Of a stretch of DNA of 64,000 nucleotides, positions 38,524-47,453 are shown piece after piece. The notes under the pieces are model-generated. The model did not search any database. It saw nothing but the letters and a program-made list of their open reading frames with translations, and was not told the DNA's origin. Position 1 is the first letter of the stretch, and each line of letters begins with the position of its first letter. Source of the DNA: Polyangiaceae bacterium (GTDB lineage Bacteria; Myxococcota_A; Polyangia; Polyangiales; Polyangiaceae); assembly GCA_044376115.1 (NCBI GenBank), contig JBILLK010000018.1, positions 1-64,000 on the forward strand, given 5' to 3'. The position numbers were made by a program, and so were the translations under genes.

Positions 38524-39116
38524 TTGTTGACCTCCTTTAGCGCCACAGCCTCCTGAACGACAGCAGCGATCTCGGGCGAATCCACCGTCATATAGAAGTG
38601 GACGGCCACCTCGTCGTTGGGAGCCGCAAATCTCTTGAAGAAGCCAATGTACGTACGCTTCTGAATGAGGGCATCTTGGGTCTTCAGCAGGCCGTAGGCC
38701 GGATCACCCGGGTCGACGCTCACCTCGAACTCCAGCTCCTGCATCGTGGCCTCAGCAAGCGGCTGGATCACCCGCAGGCCGAGCTTGTAGGTGCCTCCAC
38801 GCGTTGACTCGAGCGTGAACGTCCGCACCTCGACCCGAGCGGTCAGCTCGGATTGCTGGGCGCGCAACCACAGACTCTGATCTTTGCGCGGAGCGCTGGG
38901 CGGCATCAGCCCCAGGGCGGCTGGGTCCAGCTCGTCCCCGAAAAGACGACGATCCTCTCCCTGCCAGGGTGGAAGACCGAGGGTCTTCGCCGAAACGACG
39001 ACCTCGTCCATGGACGAACAGCCAGGTGTCAGGGCCAGCGCCCCTAACAGAAGCAGCCGCGCGCGTACGAAATCGCGGGTTGCAGATCGGCCGGAGTCGT
39101 TGGAAAATCGGCTCAT
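38520..39116 (-). CDS. Hypothetical lipoprotein
   Basis: Basic N-terminus, hydrophobic stretch, TPGC; ATGA overlap with map. Confidence 0.65.
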   Translation of the reverse strand: MSRFSNDSGRSATRDFVRARLLLLGALALTPGCSSMDEVVVSAKTLGLPPWQGEDRRLFGDELDPAALGLMPPSAPRKDQSLWLRAQQSELTARVEVRTFTLESTRGGTYKLGLRVIQPLAEATMQELEFEVSVDPGDPAYGLLKTQDALIQKRTYIGFFKRFAAPNDEVAVHFYMTVDSPEIAAVVQEAVALKEVNK

Positions 39117-39308
39117 TGAGGGGTTCTAGCTACCACACGCCCCCTCGGTTGTCACAGGTCCGACCTGCGACCCTCAGTTGATGCGTGGTCATTTGCAATG
39201 TTTTGATAGAAGCTACGTCCAACGCCCTCGATGGCTCTTGACCTTCATGGTCGGCCGCGACAGTGCGGAATCTGCTTCGCCGGGGATGCCTCGCGAACTC
39301 TTGGAGGA

Positions 39309-40202
39309 ATGATGAAGACGCTGCGATTTCTCGGGCTTGGAGCGCTGATCGCCCTCGGCGCATACACACTTTGCGGGTCGCCCGAGTCGGCCTTCGCTGG
39401 GGACGCAAAACCTGCCCCCGGCGCCAGCAAAAAGGGAAAGGCGGAGAAGAAGCCCGAAACACCGGCGGAGGCTCCGACAGTCGCCAAGCCGATCGCCATC
39501 CAGCCGAAAGAACTCGCCTGGGGCATCGACAAGAAGAAGCTTGGTGAGATCTATGACAAGGTGATCGACGAGGACTTCAAGCCTCGTTATTTGAAGGCGC
39601 AACCAGGCCCGCAGATGGACGCGCTGGACGCCGAAGTAGCTGAGCGCAAGGCGGAGTTCCGCAGGAGCTACACAGACTTCGGCAACACCGCGACGGGCTT
39701 CGACATGACGCCGTTGCGCTCGGAGTACAGCTACAACAACAAAGAAGCGCTGATGTCGATCGAGCGCGGTGGACGCACCCGCTACTTCTTCTTCATTGGC
39801 GGCAAGCTGTGGAAGATCGCTGATGCGTTCAAGCTCGGCGAGAAGAGCCAGTGGGGTAAGAGCTACGACGAAGCGCTCGCCAAACTATCGAAGCACTACG
39901 GCGAGGGGCGTGTTCGTGAGGCCGATGAGAAGGCCGGCCGTCCCTTCAAGGAAGCCGATTGGAAAGACACTACCACCCAGGTTCGCGCAGTGGATTGGGG
40001 CAACGATGAGTTCTCGATCGTCTTCCAAGACGCGGTGACCGTCTCGCAGCTCGATACGCTGCGGAAGAACAAGCCGGCCGGCTCGGTTGGCAGCAACATC
40101 GACTCGAAGGTAAAGGACGCTGGCGCCAAGAAGGAGCCAACCCCGCCGAAGCCGGACGAGAAGAAGCCGGTCAAGGGCCCAGCAAAGGCCCCTGGAAAGT
40201 AA
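39309..40202 (+). CDS. Secreted hypothetical protein
   Basis: GGAGG RBS, signal peptide ending AFA, Lys/Pro-rich termini, strongly GC3-biased codons. Confidence 0.75.
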   Translation: MMKTLRFLGLGALIALGAYTLCGSPESAFAGDAKPAPGASKKGKAEKKPETPAEAPTVAKPIAIQPKELAWGIDKKKLGEIYDKVIDEDFKPRYLKAQPGPQMDALDAEVAERKAEFRRSYTDFGNTATGFDMTPLRSEYSYNNKEALMSIERGGRTRYFFFIGGKLWKIADAFKLGEKSQWGKSYDEALAKLSKHYGEGRVREADEKAGRPFKEADWKDTTTQVRAVDWGNDEFSIVFQDAVTVSQLDTLRKNKPAGSVGSNIDSKVKDAGAKKEPTPPKPDEKKPVKGPAKAPGK

Positions 40203-40220
40203 TCTGACCGACAAAAACGC

Positions 40221-40252
40221 AAACGCCTCTCAGCCTGCTGAGGGGCGTTTTT
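40221..40252. terminator. Probable bidirectional Rho-independent terminator
   Basis: aaacgcctctcag-cctg-ctgaggggcgttttt hairpin with an A-run before and a T-run after, between convergent genes. Confidence 0.85.
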
Positions 40253-40277
40253 GCTTTACGGTTCGTTCGCTCCCAGG

Positions 40278-40544
40278 TCAGGCAACGAGGGATGCCCCGG
40301 CGGGCACCGAGATCCCCGAACTCACGTCCAAACGTGCCGTCGGAGCAACGCAACGAAGAGCAGGCTCAATCACTCCGCGAACGACCAGCGGCGTGCCCGG
40401 ACAACCGGCGTAACGCCCGGCGAGGTGCAACGACAGGTGGTTCGGCTCGACCGCCACGATGTACACCTCGCCACCATCCGCGCGAATGAGCGGGGCAATC
40501 ACGTCCTTCAATACCTTGAGAAGCTGGTCGATTGAGGCTGTCAT
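40278..40544 (-). CDS. NifU C-terminal-domain (Nfu-like) protein with degenerate CxxC
   Basis: IAPLIRADGGEV...LAGRYAGCPG...IEPAL; the canonical GACxxCP has Tyr in place of the first Cys. Confidence 0.8.
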   Translation of the reverse strand: MTASIDQLLKVLKDVIAPLIRADGGEVYIVAVEPNHLSLHLAGRYAGCPGTPLVVRGVIEPALRCVAPTARLDVSSGISVPAGASLVA

Positions 40545-40565
40545 CTGCCGGCCAGCATACACAGC

Positions 40566-41438
40566 TCAGAAAACGCTGGCCACGATGACGACAGCAGCAT
40601 CGGCACCGAGAGCGGGTGCGCGGCGCGCGGCAAAACCAAAGGTCCGCTTTTCGATCACGGCGCTACTGCTGTAATCGGCGGCTTCGGTCAGTTTGAGGAT
40701 CTCGAGCTTGGAGACGTGTTCCGCGAGGGTTTCTGGCGCGTCCGGCTCGCCGTAGGCCAAAGCACCTTTGACCACGTAGGCGTAGATCACGGGGACCTTC
40801 TTGTTGTCTTTGGTCTTGGCCGCCTCGGTAAACTTGGCCCGTACGGCATTCTGAATCACGCCGGCGTAAAAGCGGAAGGACCACCCGGACAGGAAGAGCC
40901 CCTTGAGCTTGCCTTCGGCATCGACGGCTCGATGCGCTACCACCCACGCGGTGTCCTCCCCTCGTTTGACGCCACGCAGCGCATCCATTGGCCCGTAGGC
41001 CTCGACCAGCCCCGCGTTCGGTTCGAGCGCGCGCTTCAGCTCTGGGTAGGCGGTCAGGATGTTCTGATCGACGAGGCGGTCCGGATCGATCTCGCTACGG
41101 AGCACCTTGCCATCGACGTCGGCGAAGCTGAAGAAGGTACTCTTGGCGATCGCGAGGTTGTCGGTGTTTTCACGCGCAGCTTTGATCGCGTTTTGCAGCT
41201 CCAGACGCGCGGCGAGCGGATCTCCCGGCATCCGCTTCTGCAACACCTTCACCCCCTCGGGCATGCCGTTCCGCAGCTGAGCCGTATCTCGCTCAACCAC
41301 TTCCATCGCGCTGCCGAGACCTACGGTCGCGGCCTCCTGCGCTGCCTTGGCCTCACCATCACAACCCGCAATTGCGGTCATCGCTGCGAGCAAGCCGCCT
41401 GCAGTCGCTCCGATCAGAAGAGCACGCCTTTGCATCAC
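40566..41438 (-). CDS. Lipoprotein with possible Cache/PDC-like domain
   Basis: IAGC lipobox; FADVDGKVL...ALE...VVAHRAVDAEGKLKGLF pattern typical of Cache domains. Confidence 0.6.
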   Translation of the reverse strand: MMQRRALLIGATAGGLLAAMTAIAGCDGEAKAAQEAATVGLGSAMEVVERDTAQLRNGMPEGVKVLQKRMPGDPLAARLELQNAIKAARENTDNLAIAKSTFFSFADVDGKVLRSEIDPDRLVDQNILTAYPELKRALEPNAGLVEAYGPMDALRGVKRGEDTAWVVAHRAVDAEGKLKGLFLSGWSFRFYAGVIQNAVRAKFTEAAKTKDNKKVPVIYAYVVKGALAYGEPDAPETLAEHVSKLEILKLTEAADYSSSAVIEKRTFGFAARRAPALGADAAVVIVASVF

Positions 41439-42598
41439 AGAGCCTCCGGTGAAACGAACAGTATCTCGACAATGGGTTGGGCCGTGCGTTCCCCCGAAAG
41501 CGGAGCCTTCGATGCAGACTCGGCGAGGAGCGTGACGTGAGTGCCCGATTTCAAGTCAGCGAACGCGCTCTCGACGGCTGAGCGACGATCGCCCCAGAGC
41601 TTGCTATCCGACGCCTTCCCTTGTTTGCCGGTGTAGACCACGAGCGCCAGCGGAAACTCGCTATGCGCTTTGGCCACCCGCACAAGGCTTGCGAGCCGTT
41701 CAGCACCTTCGCTCGAGAGCTTGCCACCATCGAACAAATTTTGGAGCGCCACCACCACACCGCGTTCGTCGCGACTTGCGACGACGCCCCCACTCAAGCG
41801 GGCCAACATCGCGGAAAGCTCGGTCATCAACGCATCGGCGGCGCCGCTCGCCGCGCGGCTCCTAGCCGACTCCAGCTTGCGCAGGCAGGACGCGCGATGA
41901 GCGTAGAAGCGGCTCGCCTCCAGCTCCTGGTCCTTCCCTGCGAGTATGGCCGTGAGTGACGCAGCTTCGGCGTCGAGCGACGTGTCCGTGGACTTCCCGC
42001 CGGCCGCGATCAGCAGCCCAGCGGCGGAGCAGGTGATCTTCGCTTGCCACAACAAATCGCCCAGCACCGCTCGCTCGTCAGCGCTGACCTTTACAAGGCC
42101 CGTCTTTTCCCCGAGACCTTGCGCTTGTGCAATGCGGAGGCGCGCCTCGAGCGCATCAATTTCGCCGAGCACGCGGGTGATCGAACCCTCGGTCTCCGCG
42201 AGCTGAGCATCGAGTTGCTCGACCAGCACGCGCTCCTCGGCTTCACGCACCGTCCCCGCCGCGACCGCAGCCAAACTCGCGCCTTCCTCGTACGTGGCAA
42301 TCGCCTCTTCGGCTTGAAATTCCGCATGCGCGAGGGGGCCTGATTCAGCCAGCTCGTGCGCCAAAAGCCGACGCTTCTCCGCGAGCGCCCAGGTCGGCAT
42401 CGCGGCCGACTTGGCTGCTTGCGCCGCCTCAGCCTGACTCACGCGATCCACCTCATCGAGCAGCAGTGGTTTCGGCACGGGCGCGCACGCTGCACCCACG
42501 CAAACCAGCCCAAGCGCAGCCGCAGCAATCAGAGTGACTCGGGCCCGCTTCAACAAAGACCGTCGCTGGCCCCATTCACGTGCAACGTCGGTGATCAT
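41435..42598 (-). CDS. Lipoprotein with coiled coil and degenerate OmpA-C-like domain
   Basis: GAAC lipobox, helical/coiled-coil middle, C-terminal ERGVVVAL..LF...LASLVRVAKAH..FPLALVVYT...VEILFV. Confidence 0.6.
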   Translation of the reverse strand: MITDVAREWGQRRSLLKRARVTLIAAAALGLVCVGAACAPVPKPLLLDEVDRVSQAEAAQAAKSAAMPTWALAEKRRLLAHELAESGPLAHAEFQAEEAIATYEEGASLAAVAAGTVREAEERVLVEQLDAQLAETEGSITRVLGEIDALEARLRIAQAQGLGEKTGLVKVSADERAVLGDLLWQAKITCSAAGLLIAAGGKSTDTSLDAEAASLTAILAGKDQELEASRFYAHRASCLRKLESARSRAASGAADALMTELSAMLARLSGGVVASRDERGVVVALQNLFDGGKLSSEGAERLASLVRVAKAHSEFPLALVVYTGKQGKASDSKLWGDRRSAVESAFADLKSGTHVTLLAESASKAPLSGERTAQPIVEILFVSPEAL

Positions 42599-43290
42599 TT
42601 CTTCACCGCCGGCGCGGGGGTTTTGCTCTTTGGCCCAGCGATCGTCGCGGGCTTCGTGGTGGGCTTGCTTGTAGCTTCACCGGCCTTGCTGTTGCCCTTT
42701 CCTGCGGCAATACGTTCAGCAGCGGCTTTCTCAGCGCTCTCGACGGCGGCCGCGAGCGACAGTCTTCGAGCGTCGTGCTCTGCCAGCAGCGCCCGCGCTC
42801 GCGAAAGCCGTTCGACTAAGTTGGCGCGTGAACTCGAGAGCACGTCTGCCGACTTGAGGACCTCGGCGGCACGAGCCGCGGCGGCCCCGGCGTTCGCCCA
42901 GGCAAGCGCCACGCGCGAGAGCAGGCGAGCTCCGTCTTCATCCTTGGCGAGCTTGGCCCCGTGCGCCCGCGCTAGCGCTTTTTTGCCTCGCTCGATCGCA
43001 CGTGCGGCGACCGTCTTGGTTGCATCGGCAGAAGCCAACTCGCCGAGAGCGGCCTTGGCCTTCTCGCCCTCAGCGCTTACGGCCGGAGGGTCAGCGGGGA
43101 GGACCGACTCTGCAGCGCGCACCGGATCGACGCAAAGGGTGCTCGCGAGAGAAAGGCTCAGCCAAAGAACGGGGCGAGCAAACCGTGCTTTCAACGCACG
43201 AAACATGAGGTCTCGTACCAGTGACGCCGCCCACCAGCAAGGCGCTAGCGTACGGACCTCGCGAGACCGGAGCGCTCGTGTGTCCGTCAC
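42595..43290 (-). CDS. Secreted Ala-rich helical hypothetical protein (start uncertain, alternative ATG at 43206)
   Basis: Signal-like segment and coiled-coil composition; 4-nt overlaps with both neighbours. Confidence 0.55.
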   Translation of the reverse strand: MTDTRALRSREVRTLAPCWWAASLVRDLMFRALKARFARPVLWLSLSLASTLCVDPVRAAESVLPADPPAVSAEGEKAKAALGELASADATKTVAARAIERGKKALARAHGAKLAKDEDGARLLSRVALAWANAGAAAARAAEVLKSADVLSSSRANLVERLSRARALLAEHDARRLSLAAAVESAEKAAAERIAAGKGNSKAGEATSKPTTKPATIAGPKSKTPAPAVKK

Positions 43291-43778
43291 TCCGGCCGAA
43301 AGTTCTTCACAAACCAGTCGATTGAGCTGGCCGCCTTTTCAACCAGCTCCTTTTTGCCTCCAGCCTCAACAAGGTAAACATGGTCCTCGGTGACGAAGAT
43401 GATCACCGTGTAAAGGTGGGCCTGGCCGTCTTGGTCGTGTCCGAGCCGGAGCTCGGTTCCTTTGGTGCCGTTCGCCGCGACGACCTCCTTCTTCTCAAGC
43501 AAGGCGTAGCCCTGCCCCAAGCGGGTACGGTTCTCGAGCGCACGAGCCGCCAGCCCCAGATCGACCTTCGGCTCGTTGTCCCAAGCGCGTACGCCCAAGA
43601 CGACACCGTCTGCTGTGGAAGCACGGTACTCGTCGGCGTTTGCGTCGTAAGGCCGCTCTCCTCCCTCAGTCAGCTCGACGAACCCAGCGGGGGTCGCCAC
43701 GTCGTAGGGCCGGCCACAGCCTGTCAACGCGGCAAACGAGAGAGCCAGGAGCAACCACGGAGCACATAGAATTTTCAT
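43287..43778 (-). CDS. Small lipoprotein, possibly PsbP/DcrB-like fold
   Basis: LTGC lipobox, TPAGFVEL, beta-rich C-terminus (VYLVEAGG). Confidence 0.65.
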   Translation of the reverse strand: MKILCAPWLLLALSFAALTGCGRPYDVATPAGFVELTEGGERPYDANADEYRASTADGVVLGVRAWDNEPKVDLGLAARALENRTRLGQGYALLEKKEVVAANGTKGTELRLGHDQDGQAHLYTVIIFVTEDHVYLVEAGGKKELVEKAASSIDWFVKNFRPE

Positions 43779-43794
43779 CGGTGTCTCGGATTTC

Positions 43795-44607
43795 TCAGAG
43801 CGCGAGCAAGCGCGGCAAGCTGACGTTGTTGAGCCAAGGCAGCGGCAAGACGAAGGGTCCCTGCTGAACCTGTTCGGCGTTACGCGGCGCAAAGTTGACC
43901 GTGATGGTCGAGTAGCGCGCCTGATCCGCGAGCAGCTTGAGGCGCCCCTTGAAGCGCTCGATTTCACCCGTGATGCGGCCGAGTTCACGCTCGATCGCCA
44001 GCGCCTCTTCGACCTTGGTGGCCTTCTCCAGCAGCTTCTCGAAGCGAGCTCGCATGGCCAGCGCGTTCTGCAGTTGCACCTCGAGGTCGCGGTATTCCGC
44101 CGTCACATCTTCGGAGACCACGTTGCGATGGAGCACGTCGCCAACCTTCTCGATCGCCAGCACGACCTCTTGAAACTTTTGTGCGGGAACGCGGATCGTC
44201 ACGAGGCGGTCTTCACGCCGAGCCAAGAAGCCGCCGGCATCCTTTGCCAAGCCCTCCACGATATTGAGCGACTTCTCGACCTCATAGACGCTCATCGTGA
44301 ACTCGGCCGTGTAGATCAGAATCGGTTGCTTGCGCTCGGGGTCGTCGATCGCCGAGCCGCTGCTGGGAGCGGACTTGCCCTGCATCGGGGCTGGGGCGGG
44401 CTCCATCGGCGGCGCGGCCATCGCGGCAAACGAGGGCATCTCGGGGGCCGCGGAGTCGACCGAAACCTCGTCGCTCATCGACTCGGTCTGGGGCCCGCCC
44501 AGGCTAAAGACCTGGGGCGCGGAAGCGCGTCCGACCTTATCGTAAGAGGCGCAACCGAGCGGAAACGCCATGGAAACGACCAACAACCATCGGGACCACG
44601 CAGCCAT
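43795..44607 (-). CDS. DUF4349 domain lipoprotein
   Basis: GAGG RBS, PLGC lipobox; IYTAEF, TIRVPA, EDVTAEYRDLE, IERELGRI..EIE, YSTITV. Confidence 0.85.
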   Translation of the reverse strand: MAAWSRWLLVVSMAFPLGCASYDKVGRASAPQVFSLGGPQTESMSDEVSVDSAAPEMPSFAAMAAPPMEPAPAPMQGKSAPSSGSAIDDPERKQPILIYTAEFTMSVYEVEKSLNIVEGLAKDAGGFLARREDRLVTIRVPAQKFQEVVLAIEKVGDVLHRNVVSEDVTAEYRDLEVQLQNALAMRARFEKLLEKATKVEEALAIERELGRITGEIERFKGRLKLLADQARYSTITVNFAPRNAEQVQQGPFVLPLPWLNNVSLPRLLAL

Positions 44608-44728
44608 GCTCACCTCGATCTCAGCCGTGTAACGCGGTTCTCGGGCGGACCTTACACTGAAACGCACCGAACCAACTTGGGCCTCGTTGAAGAAGCCGAT
44701 CCGGTGCCTCAGTGATACGGTGGCTCGC

Positions 44729-46432
44729 ATGACCTCGGCGGACGACATCCGCGCCACCCGCACGCGCCCTTTTGCGACCACTGTCGCCGCCGCGGGGCTC
44801 GAGTACGGCAGTCCACCCGTTTCGCTCAGCGGGCTGCCGGAACAGGGCAGCATCGTTGGCCTGCAATACAGGCTCGTGCGCGTGCTCGGTGAAGGGAACT
44901 TCGGCAAGGTTTGGGTGGCGGAGCGACTCGATGTGCCGGAGCACAGAGTCGCGATGAAGATTCTGCCCCGTTCGCACTTCGTTGGTCGCAACGTCGAACG
45001 CGAGTTGGTCATGCTCGCTACCGTGGGCCACCCGAACGTGGTGCAGCTCAAAGACCACGGGATCGAACCGGACTTCGTGTGGCTAACGATGCCGGTGTAC
45101 CAAGGGGAGACGTTGGGAGAGCGGCTGTCTCGAGGCACGCTCAAGCTACGTGAGGCCTACGACATCTTTCTGCCTATCGCACGAGCGCTCGAGGCGTTGC
45201 ACCAACTGGGCTTGCGACATCAGGACGTCAAACCCGACAACATCTTCCTCTCGCAGTTCGCAGGTCGCCTGCATCCCGTCTTGCTCGACCTGGGTGTGGC
45301 CGCGGAGAAGGATGCGACGTTCGTCGCAGGAACAGCGCTCTTTGCAGCACCCGAGCAACTGGCAGCGATCCTAGCCAACGATGCTCCTCCACCCTTGTCC
45401 GAGAAGATCGACTCCTATTGTTTGGCGGCAACGCTGCTGCTCTGCCTGGTAGGCGACCGCCACTTCCCCGGAGGAAAGGCTGTCACGCGGCGCCAAGTTG
45501 CTGAGAGCCACGAGCTGCGGGCAACCCAACCGATAGTCCCGGCCGCGCTGCTGGATCTGAGTGATTCGGCGCGACAGAAGCTCTCGACGCGACTCGCTCA
45601 GTGGATGAGCATCGATCCCGACAAGCGCCCAACCATGACGCAAGTTGCCGAGGAACTCGAGGTCTTGCTCGAGCCCGAACGCGAAGCTGAAGAAGCCGCT
45701 GAACTCTACAAGAAGCGCCAAGAACGCTCGCTCGCACGGACGCGCATCGGCGCTGTGGTGGTGCTCGCAGCGGCCCTTGGCGTAGGCGGCTTGGCGCTGT
45801 GGAAGCGTGAAACCTTGCGCATGGCGTCGGCGTTGGAAGAAGCGCGGGCAGCGGGCGAAGAGAACTTCGACAAGCTCGACACCTGCACGGCGGCGCACAC
45901 CATGACGCGCCGAGACGCTCGCAACTGCGCGGCAGAGCTGAGCACCGAACGCAGCGCTCATGAGCGCACCCTGAATATGCTTTCGAAGCAGGGCGCAGGC
46001 TGCAAGGAGGTCGTCACCGAGATTCAAGAGCTGCGCGCCACGCAGCAAACGGAGCGCAAAAAGCACGAAGACGAACTCAAAGCCGAGGTGAGGACCTGTG
46101 GCACGGAGCGTGAGAAGCTCACCGGCGACTTTGAGAAAGAGCGCGAGAAGCTCACCGGCGCCAATACGACCTGCGAAGGACTGAACAAGGATCTGGCGGC
46201 ACAACTCGTCGCCATGCAGGCCGAACGCGACACCTGCCTCAGCGCGGAAAAACACGGCTCTCCTTACGATCCGGACCCAAACCCGACGCCTACGAGTTTG
46301 CCGACCGCGCGCCCCACGGCGGTGGTGACCTCAACCCCGACAGGACCTGTTGGGCCGGTGGGCCCAGTCGAGCCGCCGCCTGCACTGAACCCCGATCCGA
46401 CCCCTCCGCCGCCCCCCTTTCCTGAGCCGTAA
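44729..46432 (+). CDS. Membrane non-RD Ser/Thr kinase with extracytoplasmic coiled coil
   Basis: GEGNFG, VAMK, HQDVKPDN, DLG, AAPE; one TM; Cys-spaced coiled coil; Pro-rich tail. Confidence 0.88.
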   Translation: MTSADDIRATRTRPFATTVAAAGLEYGSPPVSLSGLPEQGSIVGLQYRLVRVLGEGNFGKVWVAERLDVPEHRVAMKILPRSHFVGRNVERELVMLATVGHPNVVQLKDHGIEPDFVWLTMPVYQGETLGERLSRGTLKLREAYDIFLPIARALEALHQLGLRHQDVKPDNIFLSQFAGRLHPVLLDLGVAAEKDATFVAGTALFAAPEQLAAILANDAPPPLSEKIDSYCLAATLLLCLVGDRHFPGGKAVTRRQVAESHELRATQPIVPAALLDLSDSARQKLSTRLAQWMSIDPDKRPTMTQVAEELEVLLEPEREAEEAAELYKKRQERSLARTRIGAVVVLAAALGVGGLALWKRETLRMASALEEARAAGEENFDKLDTCTAAHTMTRRDARNCAAELSTERSAHERTLNMLSKQGAGCKEVVTEIQELRATQQTERKKHEDELKAEVRTCGTEREKLTGDFEKEREKLTGANTTCEGLNKDLAAQLVAMQAERDTCLSAEKHGSPYDPDPNPTPTSLPTARPTAVVTSTPTGPVGPVGPVEPPPALNPDPTPPPPPFPEP

Positions 46433-46478
46433 GCCGGGACCTTCCGCTACGGCACTTATCGGAGTAAGGTCCTTTTCG

Positions 46479-47453
46479 ATGGGCTCGAACGATCACCAGA
46501 GCCGCCGCGACGTCCTCGTTCGGCTGGGCAAAGCCGCTCTCGTGATGGGAGGCGCCGGCGCTGCCGGTTCACTCGCCTATGACCCCGGTGGCTTCGATCT
46601 GAGCAAGTCGAAGAGCGTCGCGCAAACTCGCGATTTTCGCGTGGGCGCGAAGGGCCAGGCGGATCTCGCGATCGCTCGCAACGACACCGATCCGGCCGCG
46701 CTCGTTCGGCGCGCTGTCGAAGCGCTCGGTGGGATGAGCCGCTTCATCTCGCGCGGCGATGTGGTGGTGGTCAAGCCGAACATCGGCTGGGACCGTGCGC
46801 CGGTTCACGCGGCAAACACCAACCCGCAAGTGGTCGCCGAAGTCGTGCGCTTGGTCTACGACGCCGGCGCCAAGAAGGTGGTGGTGACCGACGCCTCGTG
46901 CAACGAGCCCAACCGCTGCTTTCAACGCTCGGGCATTTGGAAGAGCGCCTACGACAATGGCGCGCACATCGTCATCCCCTCAGAGTCGCTGTTCAAAGGC
47001 ATGCGCCTCAAAGGCGAGGTGCTCGATGATTGGCCGGTCTACACGCCGCTCGTCAACGCCGACAAGGTGATCAACGTCCCGGTGGCGAAGCACCACAACT
47101 TGGCCGTGTATACCGGCGCAATGAAGAACTGGTACGGCCTCCTCGGTGGGCGTCGCAACCGTCTGCATCAGAATATCGATGTCTCCATTGCCGACCTCGC
47201 GACCTTCATGCAACCGACGTTGACGGTGCTCGACGCGGTGCGGGTGCTGATGCGCAACGGCCCACAAGGCGGAAACATCGCAGACGCCAAAGACCTGAAT
47301 ACGGTCATTGCTTCGGTGGACCAGGTCGCGGCCGACGCGCTCGGCTGCACGCTGATCGGCAAGACGCCGAACCAGGTCGCCTACCTCAAGATGGGCGAAG
47401 AGCGCGGCCTCGGCACGCGCGAGTGGCAGACGCTCAGGGTGGTCGAGGCCTGA
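46479..47453 (+). CDS. Tat-exported DUF362 domain protein
   Basis: SRRDVL twin-arginine signal; VKPNIGW, NTNP, INVPVAKHH, AMKNWYG, DQVAAD. Confidence 0.88.
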   Translation: MGSNDHQSRRDVLVRLGKAALVMGGAGAAGSLAYDPGGFDLSKSKSVAQTRDFRVGAKGQADLAIARNDTDPAALVRRAVEALGGMSRFISRGDVVVVKPNIGWDRAPVHAANTNPQVVAEVVRLVYDAGAKKVVVTDASCNEPNRCFQRSGIWKSAYDNGAHIVIPSESLFKGMRLKGEVLDDWPVYTPLVNADKVINVPVAKHHNLAVYTGAMKNWYGLLGGRRNRLHQNIDVSIADLATFMQPTLTVLDAVRVLMRNGPQGGNIADAKDLNTVIASVDQVAADALGCTLIGKTPNQVAYLKMGEERGLGTREWQTLRVVEA

